The position numbers and the translations under genes are program-made. The notes under the pieces were generated by a model. That model was not told the origin of the DNA and did not search any database. It worked only from the letters and a program-made list of their open reading frames with translations. Positions 29,731 to 46,330 of a DNA stretch of 64,000 nt are shown one piece after another. The DNA is from the human T2T-CHM13v2.0 reference genome, Homo sapiens. The DNA is taken from the NCBI RefSeq assembly GCF_009914755.1, contig NC_060930.1; one strand, given 5' to 3'. Each line of letters begins with the position of its first letter. The first letter of the stretch is position 1.

Positions 29731-31250
29731 AGGATCTAATTTTTTTTTTTAAAGGGTCACTTTGACTGCCATATTGAGAATAGGCTGAGTTGGAGGAGTT
29801 GATGGGATGTGGAAAGGTATAAGCAGGGAGGCCTGTTACAAAACTATTCGGGCCATTCTACTCATCATCTGGATGAAATATGATGGGTCAGAGTGAAGGC
29901 AATGGATATGGTGAGAAATGGTGGGATTCTAGATCTATTTTGAAAGTACCAACAGAAGGTGCCAATTGATTGGATCTGGAGTATCTGAGAAAGAAGTAAA
30001 AGCTGACACTGAGGCTTTTGGCTTGGACAAATGGAAGGATGGAGTTGCCATTAACTGAAAAATAGAAGACTACGGGTAGAGCAGATGCGGGAGCAGGGCA
30101 GGGTAGGAAGCCACAAGTTTTGTTTTGGATAAATTGAATTTGGGATATCTATTATGTTGAGCAGGAGATGGTTGTATGAGTCTGACTTTCAGGAGAGAGG
30201 TCTTGCCTGGTGTTATACATTTGGGAAGCATAGATGCCATTTAAAGCCATGGGACTGGATAGTAACACCAAGGAGTGAGTATAGATAGTGAAGAGAAAAG
30301 GAACAAGGATTTAGCCTTACAATACTCCAAGTTTAACAGATCAGGGAGAAAAGGAACCAGCAAAGAAATGCCAGAAAGGTAGGAGAAAAACCCAGCCAGA
30401 GTATGGCACCATAGAGGCCAAGTGAAGAAACTGTATTAAGTATGAGGAGGTACCCAACAGTATCTAATGCTGCTGATAAACCTGGTAAAATGAGAACTGA
30501 GAATTGACCACTGTATTTAGCAAACTGGATGTCACTGGTGGCCCTGACCAAAGTATTTTCAGTGGAGTATCAGTGGAGAGAAGGCTCATTGGAGTGAGTT
30601 TAGGAGAGAATGGGAGGAGGGGAGTTTGAGACAGTGAGTATAGGAAACTTCCAAGGACATTCACTGCAAAGCAGAGCAGAGGAATGGGGCGGTAGCTGGC
30701 AAGGGAATTAAGGTCAAGAGAAGGGTTTTGTTTTCTTTTATTTTGCTTGAAGATGAGAGAAATAACCATGAATTTGTATGGTGATGGGAATGAGCCAGTA
30801 AAGAGAGAAACTTCAATAGAGAGGAACTTTATTCCCTCAATCCTTCTTTTCTCTCTCAGGCTGGCTTCATTTCCCTCTTTAGCCAGCCTGCGCCTATGAC
30901 TGGCTACTTCTATTATGCTTTTACTAACCCCTTAGAATGCCTCCTTTTGTCATTCCTTCCTTCCCAAGTCCACCATTTTATTTTTTCTCTAAAACTCGTG
31001 TCTTGCCAATTGGCTTTACTACAATAGATTCATGCTACCTAACCTCAGTTGAACCCACAAGGCTACACAACCACTCTTGTATTCTTACATGGTTTACTTC
31101 CTAGCAAATGACCAACAATATTTATTTCAATTTTTAAAATTCTTATTCATTGTTCATTCAAAGCAAATTTATTGAGCAACAATCACGTTTCAGACACTGG
31201 AGCCTGACATCCAGCCTCCCACTGCTTCCTGGAGTCTAAAAAAGACAGGG

Positions 31251-31553
31251 TTTCTTTTTTTCTTTTTTTGAGACAGGGTCTCGCTCTGTCACCCAGGCTG
31301 GAGTCCAGTGGCATAATCATGGCTCACTGCACTCTTGACCTCCTGGGCTCAAAGCGATCCTCTCGCCTCAGCCTCCCAAGGAGCTGGGACCACAGGTGCA
31401 CGCCACTGCACTCAGGGAATTTTTGTATTTTTTTGTAGAGATGGGGTCTCTCTGTGTTGCCCAGGCTGTTGTTGAACTTCTGGACTCAAGCAATCTTCCC
31501 ACCTTGGCCTTCCAAACTGTTGGGATTACAGGTATGAGCCATCATGCCCAGCC
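31251..31553 (-). mobile_element. AluJ
   Basis: J diagnostics (ATCATGGCTCACTGC, GGACTCAAGCAATC). Confidence 0.92.
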
Positions 31554-31637
31554 CACCCCAAATTCTTAGCAGATGAACTTTATTCCACTTTACTGAAATG
31601 ATGGATATGAATTCCTTTCATTTGCTCCCTTTCTTCC

Positions 31638-31938
31638 TTTCTTTCTTTTTTTTTTTTTTTTTTTTTTTTTTTGAGAGAGGGTCCCACTCTGTCCACCAGG
31701 CTGGAGTCCATGGCTCACTGCAGGAGACGTCCCAGGCTCAAGTGATCCTCCTACCTCAGCCTCCCAAGTAGCTGGGACTACAGATGCATGCCACCGTGCC
31801 CAGCTAATTTTTGTATCTTTAGTAGAGACAAGGATTCGCCATGTTGCCCAGGCTGTTCTCAAATTCATAGGCTCAAACAATCTGCCTGCCTCAGTTTCGC
31901 AAAGTGCTGGGATTACAGGCGTGAGCCACCTGCTGGGC
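31638..31938 (-). mobile_element. AluJ with a right-arm deletion
   Basis: TSD TCATTT(G/T)CTCCCT. Confidence 0.9.
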
Positions 31939-32105
31939 TCATTTTCTCCCTCTAATTTTTAAAGACATCCTTTCCATCATTGTTTTTTAAAAGATAAAGT
32001 CTCCCTACTTATTTCAAAGATTAACTCTTCCACTTGTGCCTTGATTCTATTATCTATTACATTTAATGTCTTGTCCAGCCAATCAATCTCCCCAAACCCA
32101 CTGCA

Positions 32106-32408
32106 TTTTTTTTTTTTTTTTTTTTTTGAGACGGAGACTTACTCTGTCACCCAGGCTGGAGTGCAGTGGTGTGATCTGGGCTTACTGCAACCTCCACCTC
32201 CCGGATTCAAGCAATTCTCCCTACCTCAGCCTCCCAAGTAGCTGGGATTACAGGTGCCCATCACCATGCCCAGCTAATTTTGTATATTTAGTAGAGACGG
32301 GGTTTCGCCATGTTGGCCAGGCTGGTCTTGAACTCCTGATCTCAGGTGATCTGCCCACCTCGGCCTCCCAAAGTATTGCAATTACAGGCGTGAGCCACAG
32401 TGCCCAGC
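32106..32408 (-). mobile_element. AluS inserted into the TSD of the neighbouring Alu
   Basis: CTGCAT(C)TTT on both sides. Confidence 0.92.
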
Positions 32409-32415
32409 CTGCATC

Positions 32416-32724
32416 TTTTATTTTTATTTTATTTATTTAATTTTGAGACGGAGTCTCGCTCTGTCACCCAAGCTGGAGTACAGTGGCTCAATCTTGGCTC
32501 ACTGCAACCTCCACCTCCCGGGTTCCAGTGATTCTGTGGCCTCAGCCCCCTCGAGTAGCTGGGACTGCAGGTGTGACCACCACTACTGGCTAATTTTTTT
32601 TTTTTGTACTTTTAGTAGAGAAGTACTTTTGTACTTTTAGTCTCGAACTCCTGACCTCAGGTGATCCTCCCACCTCGGCCTCCCAAAGTACTGGGATTAC
32701 AGGCATGAACCACTGCGCCTGGCC
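32416..32724 (-). mobile_element. AluS with an internal deletion plus templated insertion
   Basis: See the finding at 32602-32645. Confidence 0.9.
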
Positions 32725-34608
32725 CACTGCATCTTTAGCATTGCCCCTCCCCGTTGCAGACCCTCCCTTCTTCCCAGAGGTAGCCACTATACAGACTTCT
32801 GAACTAATCATCCTTTTGCTTTTCAATATAAATTTTTCATATATACAGATACACACATAAGTGTGTCCTGGAAGCATGGATTGGGGCATCTGGCAGGACA
32901 GTGGTTGGGGGTGGTCAGCTCTTCTACGCTCACTGAAGCTCATCTCCACATTAGCCTGCCTGAATCTCTTATCATGTCACTGTCTTCACAGCATCTTCAG
33001 TTTCTCCTGTGGCCCCCGACTAGACTAAATCCCAAACTATGTAGATAGTGTCACGTGGTCTCACTACCTTTAAAGCAGTGTCTTCCATTGTTCCTCTTTT
33101 TGCTCCTTGTGCCAAACGCAGCTACTGGCACCATGACACTGAATGCAAGCAGGACTCAGGGCACAATCAGAAGACAGTGTGGTTCCTTCCCTTCACAGCC
33201 CCTTCAATCTTCTCTGAGGCACTTTTTGTTCTCCATGATGTTATAGCAGGTCACACAGTTTATATGCTCACTCATGGATGATAAAAGTCCTCTAGAGCCT
33301 ACTAGTTCTAAGAATAGCTTCATTTCTGTACCTGAACTGTCTAATCATGTATAATAGTCAGGACTTCAGATTCCACACAGGCCTTCCTTCCCCAGTGCAG
33401 GCTGCTCCAGGCTGACACAGGGAAACAGGATGGTATCGTCAGCTTCACGGTTTACTGCGTCTGAGCTTCCAGCCATGCTTCTATCTCTCCTCTGCACGAT
33501 GGTCTGCCCCGGGGTCCTCATAGAGAGGGACACCAGGAGAGGAAAGGGTAGGAGCAGGAAAGGTCCTACCTTGACTGGCAGCAGTGTGACCCAGCACTGG
33601 TTTCCTACCAGTGGAACAAGTTTAAAGCTGATATTTCTCTGGGAGTGTATTTGTGGGTCCATGGAGGCCCCGCCTGGAAGAAATACCTGCATTTCCCCTG
33701 ATGCAGAGAATGCGTTTTGCTCTGTTCAGTGTCATCTCCACTCTGGGGCTTTGGGGGAACCTACTCCTGTCAGGGTCACAGCCCACTCCAGGCAAGGCTC
33801 TTGGGCAGGCCTGCTCTCTCTCCACCTCTGGCCTGTGGAAAAAGCACTCAAGCATCCTTAGTTCCCCAAACCTCCATTCCTTATGTAATTGTCCAGTTAC
33901 AGACTCTTGATTTTAGAATTTTCTAGTCATGCATCCAGCAGCAGCCTCTTGTCCCCACAAAATCCCATGGGCACAGGTCCACCTCTCTGGGGGGTGTACT
34001 CAAGCCCATTTCAGTTGGCTTGAGGTGAAAGGAAAATACCTCCAAAGGGGAGGAGGGAAACTGCCGCAGCACTCACACAGCTTTTTCCAGGAAATTATCT
34101 GTCAGATTTCTAATTTCTTGCATACAATAAGCCCTTGTCTATAAATTCTAATCTTTTGTATATCCTCCAATTATGTGAGGTGCCAAGGGTTGCAAACTGG
34201 TATTTGGTAACCTTTTGAAGTCCTACGTGGGCGGTCTAGAACTTCACTTTTGAACAAACAGGTTTGTCGTCAACTCCTTTGATTTTAACTTTCGGGGGCT
34301 GCAGCTAACCTGAGACAGAGCTTGTCCCATGATGCTCTTTTCTGCTTAAAGGCTCTGGGCTTTCCTCTGGGCCCCATTCATGTTATTTCCTTTGCTTGGC
34401 TGTCCTCTCCTATCTCATGCGTAAGGGCTCAGCTCATAGCCCATTCCCTGCACAAAGCTGTCTCAAATTCCCTCAGCTACAAGCGACCTCTCCTTCCCTT
34501 CTGCCATTTTCATCCCTCTTGGAGAGCAGTTACACACTCCTGCCCCTGCATTGTAATTACTCCTGTTTCCTTACTGAATACAAAACCCTTCAGAGTGGAG
34601 AATATGCC

Positions 34609-35306
<698 letters not shown>

Positions 35307-35508
35307 ATGCCTACTCATCCTTGTAACTCCACCTGTCTTCCACATAGTGCTTATTTAACACATGCTTGAGGTCCTCAATTGAACTCCTTGAAGACCTGAT
35401 GCCAAAAGCCCTGAGAAGAGACTATGAACTATGATATAGAGGTAAGAGCGTCTGTAGAGAGGGGAGTCTGAACTGAAAGAGGAGAGCTTCTATTGCCAGA
35501 TTCAGGAA

Positions 35509-36449
<941 letters not shown>

Positions 36450-36859
36450 AAAGGGTTGAAATTAATGAGTCAATTCATTCTTTTTTCATAACTGAGGTTT
36501 AAAGTCTAAAGAAACTACTGACTATATAGGACAAAAGGTGAAGGTGGTGCTGACAAACACTCCAGTAATGGAAAATGTAGCCACAGAAGTATTCCAGGGA
36601 CACAAATACTGAGGCACCCTGGCAGACACTTTTCCCTCCTGTGTGGTGTACTGCCTGGCAGGGACACCAAAGTGCATGGCAGGAAACTCTGTCCGCTCTT
36701 AACATCGGCAACCTCAAAGGAAAGTTCGCCTCCCAGCAATCCCAGTGCCTAGGTTGGGATCTATTATCTGTGAATTTATTTAAAGTTTTTTTTTCCCCAA
36801 CATAGGGCTTAATTTCTTTTGTGATTTTAAAAATAATACATGACCAGAGTAAGAAAATA

Positions 36860-38790
36860 CACACATAAAAAGCAGAATTACATAAGTTAGGAAGTGAAAC
36901 TCATTCCCTTAAGAAACATACAGCTTCAGATGCCCACACTAGAATAAAAGACAGAAAATTAATGAGTTAAACTTCCAGTTAAAGAAGTTGGAGGAAGAGC
37001 AACAAAACTATACCCTAAGAAAACAAGAGGGAGTAACTAACAAAAATATGAACAGAAACTAACAGAACAGGAAGCAAAGATATGGCAAAGACAGTAAATA
37101 AAACCAAAGTTATTTCTTTGAAAAGACTAATACATAGACAAATCACTGGCAATGCTGATCATGGAAAAAGAGAGAACGCAGAGTTTGTAACAAAAAAGGA
37201 AACAGATGTAGCAGGTAAAAAAATGAAGATACTATGATAACTTCATGCTAAGTATTCAAACTTAGATGGAATATACAAATTCTCAGAAAAACATAATTTA
37301 CCAAATAATATATACCATATATATAGTCTATATATAACATATTACACACAAACATTTTATATGTGTGTATAATTTATGACATATACAATATATCTCGAAA
37401 AGAAACACCGGGTCCAAATACTTTTAAACACATGTCTTACCCAAATATTCAAGAAAGAGATAATCCCAATCTTAAACAGGCACACTCACACTAATGGAAA
37501 CAGAGATACTGCTCTCGATTCAATTCATGAGGCTGGAATAACTAACCTACCTAACAACACTAGAAAAAGAGAATATAAGAAAGGAGAATTATAGAACAGC
37601 CTCACTTAAAAGCATAAATGCAAAAATCTAAGTAAAATATTGGCCACTCTGATATCATTAGCCACATTAAAAAGATTAAAGAAGAAAAATCATATGATCA
37701 TCTGAAGAGAAGTAGAAAGATCATTTAATAAAATTAAACATCAGTTTATATAAAACATTTAGCCTTGGAAGAAAAGAAACTTTCTCATCCAAGTTGAAGT
37801 GTATCTACCAAAAACTACAGTAAACATCTTATTTAATAAAGAAACTTCAGAAGCATTCTTTTTAAACCCAACAAGACAAAGATGCCAACAATCTCCACTT
37901 CTATCCCAAAAAGTACTGGAAGTACTAGATAGAAAAGTAGGACAAGAAAAAGTGACAAAACTTTCAGATTTAATCAATGATTTTCATACGTTAACACTTT
38001 TAAAATTAAGATCCTTCTATCAAAATATCTTAAATTTGATGAAATACAGTAAAAGAATTAGAAAGGAATGCAAAGCTCTCCGATAGGAGACCCAACAGAC
38101 AAATTAACAGAATAAATTTTCTTAGACATCATCAGCAACAAACAGAAAATTTATTTTTAAAAAGATGCCATTTATAATACCAGCAAAAATATAAGATACA
38201 CAGGAATAAATCTAAGACAATACGTGTAAGAGCCTTATGAAGAAAGTTATAGAGCTGTATTAAAAAACATTAAGGAAGACCCAAATAAATGGACAGATGA
38301 ATAAAGTTCAAGGACTGAAAGATCCAGTATTATAAAGTTGGCAATTTTTTCCCAATTAACCTAAATATTCAATGCAACTCCAACAAGAATCTCAAGAGGA
38401 TTCTTTGACAAGCTCACTTAAAATTCCCGTGGAAAAACAAAGAACCAAGAATAGCCAGTGTACTTGTGAAAAAGAAGAACAAGGTAGAGAGACTTGTTCT
38501 CCTGGATGTCAAGATTGTCAAGATTGTCACAAGTCTCTATTTATGCACTTGTGTGATAATGGGCACAAATAGACAAACAGATCGATGGAGCAGAATAAAG
38601 TACCCAGAAATGAATCCCCACCCCACCCCCCTCCCTGTGGAAACTTGACTTATGACAGGGGCCAGGTTTGTGCTGCAAAACACTAAAGGTGCTGGGACAA
38701 TTGGTCACTCTGTGGGAGGGGGAAGGATAAATTGAATCCTGACCTCATGCCACAGATAAAAATAAATTCCAAGTGGACTTATAACCCATC
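36860..38790 (+). mobile_element. Old L1M ORF2 remnant (pseudogenised reverse-transcriptase region)
   Basis: ORF 37799 YLPKTTVNILFNKETSEAFFLNPTRQRCQQSPLLSQKVLEVLDRKVGQEK matches L1 ORF2 [48 protein letters not shown], with many stops and frameshifts. Confidence 0.88.
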
Positions 38791-38814
38791 TTGACAAAAT
38801 GCTCAAAACCCTAA

Positions 38815-39122
<308 letters not shown>

Positions 39123-39428
39123 TTTTTTTTTTTTTTTTTTTTTTTTCAAGACGGAGTCTTGCTCTGTCATTCAGGCTGGAGGGCAGCAGAGCAATCTCAG
39201 CTCACTGTAACCTCTGTCTCCTGGGTTCAAGTGATTATCTTGCTTCAGCCTCCCAAGTAGCTGGGATTACAGGTGTGTGCCACCACACCCAGCTAACTTT
39301 TGTATTATTAGTGGAGATGGATTTTCAGCATGTTGTCCAGGCTGGTCTCGAACTCCTGACCTCAAGTGATCCGCTCTCTTTGGCCTCCCAAAGTGCTGGG
39401 ATTACAGGCTTGAGCCACCGCACCTGGC
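39123..39428 (-). mobile_element. AluS
   Basis: A single TSD, TAATACCTATCATTTT (38823-38838 and 39429-39444), brackets both Alus. Confidence 0.92.
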
Positions 39429-39926
39429 TAATACCTATCATTTTGGCAAAAACCAAAAAAGCCTGATAAGACCAGGCTTTGGCAAGGATATGGCTGAACA
39501 GGACTATGCAGACACTGATCTTGAGAATTGAAACTGGCATAATCTTTCTGGAAAGCATGGAAATCAGGGCTAATTGCCAAAGATTAGACATTCCTCTCTT
39601 CTCCCTTGTTTACCAAGGCTCAGTTTATAAATCATGTCTGGTTTAAGCAAGTCATATCCATCCCATTCTCTCTTACCAGATATTTGCTTTCTCATTTCCT
39701 TGACACCAAGGCATGACAATGCAATCTCATCCTAACCAATGAGGCATTAAGGGAAATCTGAGTAGAACTTCTGGTTGTTAAGACATGAAAGGCTCCGAGG
39801 GAGAGGTGGAGGGAACCTCTCTATTCTTCAGCCACATCCTTATCCTAGGTCAGAAGTGGCCTATCCTTGAAGCATAGGAAGGGTTTTCCCTCCTGAAAAG
39901 AAAGAAAACTCATTCCGCCCCCCTCC

Positions 39927-40718
<792 letters not shown>

Positions 40719-41542
40719 GGAAACTCCTTTTTCATACATCTTTTCTTTTGTTTGGGACACTGGACTGAGACTGTGATGCCTGGAATTTTGAAAAACATAT
40801 TGTGATCATGAGGTGGCAAGCAAGAGGACCAAAGTCAACACATTAAAGGTAGCAGAATGGAAGGAGGGAAAGAGGCTGGATCCTTTGTTGACAATGTTAG
40901 GTAATTAAATCTTTATTGCCTAAACAACTATTAGCTATTCTGTAACCTGCAGCCAAAAGCCTTCCTGATTAGAGATAACAGTTGTCTAGTAAAGTTAAAA
41001 AAAAAGCTTAAGACCCAGAAATTCTACTCATAGGCACAAACCCTAAATAATCCACAAATATTGATAAATGTTTAGTTTTGATATTTTCTTTATTACAAAC
41101 ACTCTTTGTAATCAAGTGAGAAATAGCAAACAGAATAACCCCAATGCATTAGAGACTTCCAGGGTAGCTTCCATTGGTATCAAAATAACTCAGAGAGCCA
41201 CTTTCCTTTTTGATGCTGGTTACCATCATTTACAAAGTGCACCGATGTGCACAACCCTGGATTCAAGGTTTATATAAGTATCACTCCTAACAATTCTCTA
41301 GTTCTCACAATCCTTAATTTTCAAAGATAGGTTACAAGATTGTAATATTTTCGCCCTATTCTCAGAAAGGGTGTGTGTTTCAAAACCACAAACCTTTCCC
41401 AAGTTCAGATATCAAGGCATATAGGAAACTACAAGGTAACTCAAGTTTTTAAAAAGAAAGGAGATGGGCGAGAGCGCTGGTTGTATAGGCAATCAAAACA
41501 GCCTTCCCTCTAAATCTAGGGCCAGAGAAAGATTGGATATAA

Positions 41543-41867
<325 letters not shown>

Positions 41868-43137
41868 TTCTCCAGTGTCTTAAAAGTAACATTTCTTACA
41901 TAGACTTCAAAGTGAAAATTACAAAACCTTTTTGGATCTCTGTGCTAAAGGAATTATGTAGAAAAGTGTTAATGCTGGAAAACAATATTCACTGAAAACT
42001 TGGATTTCTTTCCAGAAATTGTTTTATCTTAATTACTTTTGCAGTGGGATCTCACTTAGTGAAGTCTTAATTGACAAAGCTCATGAATTTTCCTTAGGGA
42101 AATGACTTGTGGCCAATAAAAAGAAGCAATATGTAATAAGCATCGTGCCCCAGCATTCGGCTCAGGTACTAACTATGAGAACAGTAACTCAAGCAAGCAT
42201 CACTGTGAGGCTTTATTGAGTCACAGCTAGATGCTTCCAAAGGGGAAGCTAAACATTCTTCAAAACCTATAAAGCCTTGATTAAATATATGGTCTGCATT
42301 GTATTTGGAGGCTGAATATTGTAGTATAATATAGCATACCACTGTGGTATAATGCTGTAGTATATAGTATAGTATACTATCTAGTAGTAATAAGGGGTAA
42401 AAATGTAATGTGTTCTGAATTAGCATGGATTTTTATCTTTGATTTTGGATCTTTTGCTCTGAATAGCAAAAATCAAGGGTGTTCTATTATGGTTTTAAAT
42501 GGCTTTTATACCTCCTAAAATGTGATCCCATTATTTTAGGGTTTCACATCTAAAATAGGCCTCTTTCTCTTGCAGTTTACTCAGACACTCCTATCTTTAG
42601 AATTTTTTAAATTACACTTGGAATCTGGAAATAATGTCTAGCCCCTTTTAGAATGAATTCCAGTTTAAAATAAATGATTACACTCAAGAGAAAGAAATCT
42701 GTTGAGCAATGACAATGAATTTGTTTTGCGCTGCAGTCAGGTGCCCAGTATTTTGACAAATGCTGGTTCATAGAACACAGCTTCCCGTGCATGGAGAGTT
42801 CCTGTTTCTGGCCATGCAGAGGGATCTGTGGTGGTGTCACTCACTGAAGAAACACTAAAGGAAGAACAGATTTGGGGGTAAAATTCACAAGCTTCAAAAG
42901 TATTGAGGTTGAATAGTCTTTTTTATATCCTTGTAGAGACTCCAGTAGGCAGGTTAGTAACCAGGTTGGAGTAGAGAGATGTCTGGGAGAACTATTTACA
43001 CTGGAAGTTTCCCATATCCCAGGCAGAATGGATCATACCTTCTCCTGTGCTCCCATATCTTTTTTCATCCAAATGGTATTGGTTGGCCTCTGCCATTGTA
43101 AGTTTTCCTTTCTCTGTCTTTTATTCTATGTATTAGT

Positions 43138-44020
43138 CCAGAATCTATAAGGAACTTAAACAAATCAACAAGTAAAAAACAAATCTCCCATAAAATTCGG
43201 CAAAGGGCATAAACAGACACTTCTCAAAAGAAGACATACAAGCAGCCAACAAACATATGAAAAAATGCTCATTGTCACTCATCATCAAAAAATGCAAATC
43301 AAAACCACAATGACACAATGAGATACCATCTCACACCAGTCAGAATGGCTTTTATTAATAAGTCAAAAAAAAGAACATATACTAGCAAGGCTGCGGAGAA
43401 AAGAGAAGGCTTATTCACTGTTGGTGGGAATGTAAATTAGTTCAGCCACTACAGAAAGCAGCTTGGAGATTTCTTAAAGAACTTAAAACAGAGATACCAT
43501 TTGACCTAGCAATCCCATTACTGTGTATACCCAAAGGAATATAGATCATTGTACCAAAAAGACACATGAACTCGTATATTCATTGCTGTTCTATTCACAA
43601 TAAAAAAGGCATGGAATCAACTAGGTGCCCATCAATAGTGGATTGGATAAAGAAAATGCGGTACATATACACCATGAAATACTATGCAGATGGAAAAAAG
43701 AATGAAATGATGTCCTTTGCAGGAACGTGGATGGAGCTGGAGGCCATTATCCTAAGCAAATTAACATAGGAACAGAAAACCAAATACTACATGTCCTCAC
43801 TTGTAACTGGGAGTGAAACATTGAGCACACATGGACATAAACATGGGAACAATAGACACTGTGGACTATTAGAGGCATGAGGGAGGGAGAGGGGCGTGGA
43901 TTGAAAAACTACTGTTGGGTGCTATGCTCATTACCTGGGTCCAATATCCCCATGTAACAGTCCTACACTGGTACCCCCCATATCTAAAATTAAAGCTGAA
44001 ATTTTAAAACAAAAAAACAA
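43138..44020 (+). mobile_element. 5'-truncated L1 (old L1PA/L1PB-like) 3' end
   Basis: CCAGAATCTATAAGGAACT..., GAGATACCATCTCACACCAGTCAGAATGG, ORF2 C-terminal WIKKMRYIYTMKYY...ELEAIILSKL, and an A-rich tail. Confidence 0.92.
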
Positions 44021-44443
44021 CCAAATTACCACAAATTCAGTAGCTTAAATCAACACTATTTATGTTATAGTTCTGGAGGTCAGAAGTCCACAATGGGGCA
44101 ACAGTCTGGTTCCTTGTGAAGACTTCAGGGACAATCTGTTTCTCTGTCTTTTCTAGTTTCTAGAGGCCGCCTCTATCCCTTGGTTTATGTCCCCTTATCA
44201 CGTCGACCTCTGTCTCTGTCATCACATCTCCTTCTCTGACTTGGGCCCTTCTGCCTTTCCTCTGTAAAGACCCTTGTGAATATATTAGGCCCATGCAGAT
44301 AATTCAGGAAAAATCTCATCATCTCAAATTCCTTGATTTAATTGCATCTGCAAAGTTGCTTTTGCTATGCAAAGAAACATAGTCACAGGTTCTGGGAACT
44401 AAGATGTGGACATCCTTTAGGGGCCATTGTTCTGCCTCCCACA
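44020..44443 (-). mobile_element. MaLR solo LTR (MLT1D-like); terminal TGTATTAGT appears displaced to 43129-43137
   Basis: CAAATTACCACAAATTCAGTAGCTTAAA..., GTTCTGGAGGTCAGAAGTCC, ends CTGCCTCCCACA. Confidence 0.8.
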
Positions 44444-46019
44444 CCTTATCTACTTGGTTATTTGTAAGTCTAGATAAGCTTCCCTGCTCTGGGGTCCTAA
44501 CTGACTCAGTTTGCATCCTCCCTCTGTGTTCAACATAGTACATGGTAGGCACTCCGCACATATTATTGGAACTTACTAAAGAGCCCAGGTATGGGGTGAG
44601 GCGCTAGACTAGAATGATAGTGTTAGGGGGAAAGGAGGCTAGAGAGGACGTTTGTGGCATCTGAAGGAACCAGCGATAAGACCCTCTCTGTGCCAAGAAT
44701 CAGTGATGAAAGACTGAGCTGACTGGAGGACTGTGTCCTGTCTCGATGACGGGGATGGGACTAGGAGCAGGCATGAACCAAGGTAGTTGAATGAAATGCT
44801 TTAGAAAGTACTTGCCCTCCTGATGTGCCTCATGTGTGCCTCAATGTGTAAAACCCATTTTACAAAAGATTGTAAAATGTTTTAAATAGGAGAATTTTGG
44901 TGAAATACTAGGCAACCACTGTATGATCCCACTTGGGAATATCCTATCCTAGGTGAACACATTCAGTAAGGCAACCAAGCAATTCCAAAGCTCTGTGTTA
45001 GGCCAACAAGAAGGGGGCCAGCAGATTTTTAGATAAATGAGAACTGGCCAATCTGCAGACGCTCTCAGTTGAGAGTTCAAGAAGCAGAGGATCAAAGAAA
45101 TAAAGTACTCATCCCCTGCCAGTGGTTGGAGCTGCTGGGAAGATAACCTTGCCCAGGCCCGGAGGTCCCAGAACTAGCAGCTCCGCTCAGCCTCTTCCAT
45201 GGTGTTTAACTCCAACTATCTAGCAATTATTTGACAGGTAACATCCCTTAGAAAGGCTGATTCTAGTGTACTGATTGTATTCCTAGTTAAAAGGACCACA
45301 CACCTTCAAAGCTTGGACCTGAAAAACACCATCCCTTGTATCAAGATGGTAGGAACCGGAAGGTTATGCCATATTTCAGTTCGACTGTGGCACCCTCGCC
45401 ATAAGCATCTGCTGTGAGAGCTGATTGTCCACAGTGGGCCTGATAAAGTGACAGTGGAATATCCATAAGAATGGTCCAGGAGGCTGTTCAAGCTAAGGAA
45501 TCAGAACGTAGGTGCATGGCAGGGCTGGAGATGGTGTTTTCAGAGCCATCAGAACATAGTGAATAAAGAAGGTGGGAACGCTCTAAGGAGGGAGAATCTA
45601 CAGAGAAAAACAGATGAAGTTAGGGTGAAGAGAGATAATCTAGAAAGATAAAGGAGGCCAAACAAAGAGGTTGAGTGAGATGATAAGGAATATAACGTAC
45701 AGAAACCAAACAAAAAGGTAGGTTCCGGTGGGAAGGATCAGATGTCACAATTCCCACTGGCGTCTTGCTGAACAGGGCTTTGATCACCCTGTCACCCTAA
45801 GATCCAGAGCATTCGCCTCCAGCTCCAAAGCCCTCTGGCCCTACAGCTAGAGTGAAGGGGCTCTTTGTTGCCGTCCCATCTACAGCCCCTCTCTGCCCCC
45901 GCACTCCCCATTGCACATAACTGCTGTGACGAGACTCCCTCTTGTATCTAGTTGCATAACTTTGGGTGCTGACTTATCCCAATGCCTGTGTGGTCTCTAG
46001 TGAGGTCTGAGCGTTCAAC

Positions 46020-46330
46020 TTTCTTTTCTTTCTTTTTTTTCCTTGATACATGATCTCACTCTGTCACCCAGGCTGGAGTGCAGTGGCATGACCACAGCTC
46101 ACAGCATAGCAGCCTCAAACTCCCAGGCTCAAGTGATTCTTCCACCTCAGCCTCCTCAGTAGCAGGGACTACAGGCATGTGCCAGCACGCCCAGCTAAGT
46201 TTTCATTTTTTGTTAGAGACAGGGTCTCACCACCTTGCCCAGGTTGGTCTCAAACTCCTGGGCTCAAGCAATCCACCTGCCTCAGCCTCCCAAAGTGCTG
46301 GGATTACAGGCATGAGCCATCACACAGGCC
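46020..46330 (-). mobile_element. AluJ
   Basis: J diagnostics; flanks CAACTTT(T)C. Confidence 0.9.

Noticed and set aside
33366-33926. Cluster of overlapping ORFs (up to 143 aa) on both strands
   Set aside because: This is expected in locally GC-richer sequence; no recognisable protein or supported splice structure.
37376-38648. Reverse-transcriptase-like peptides
   Set aside because: They are fragments of a dead L1 ORF2 with stops and frameshifts, not a gene or a novel RT system.
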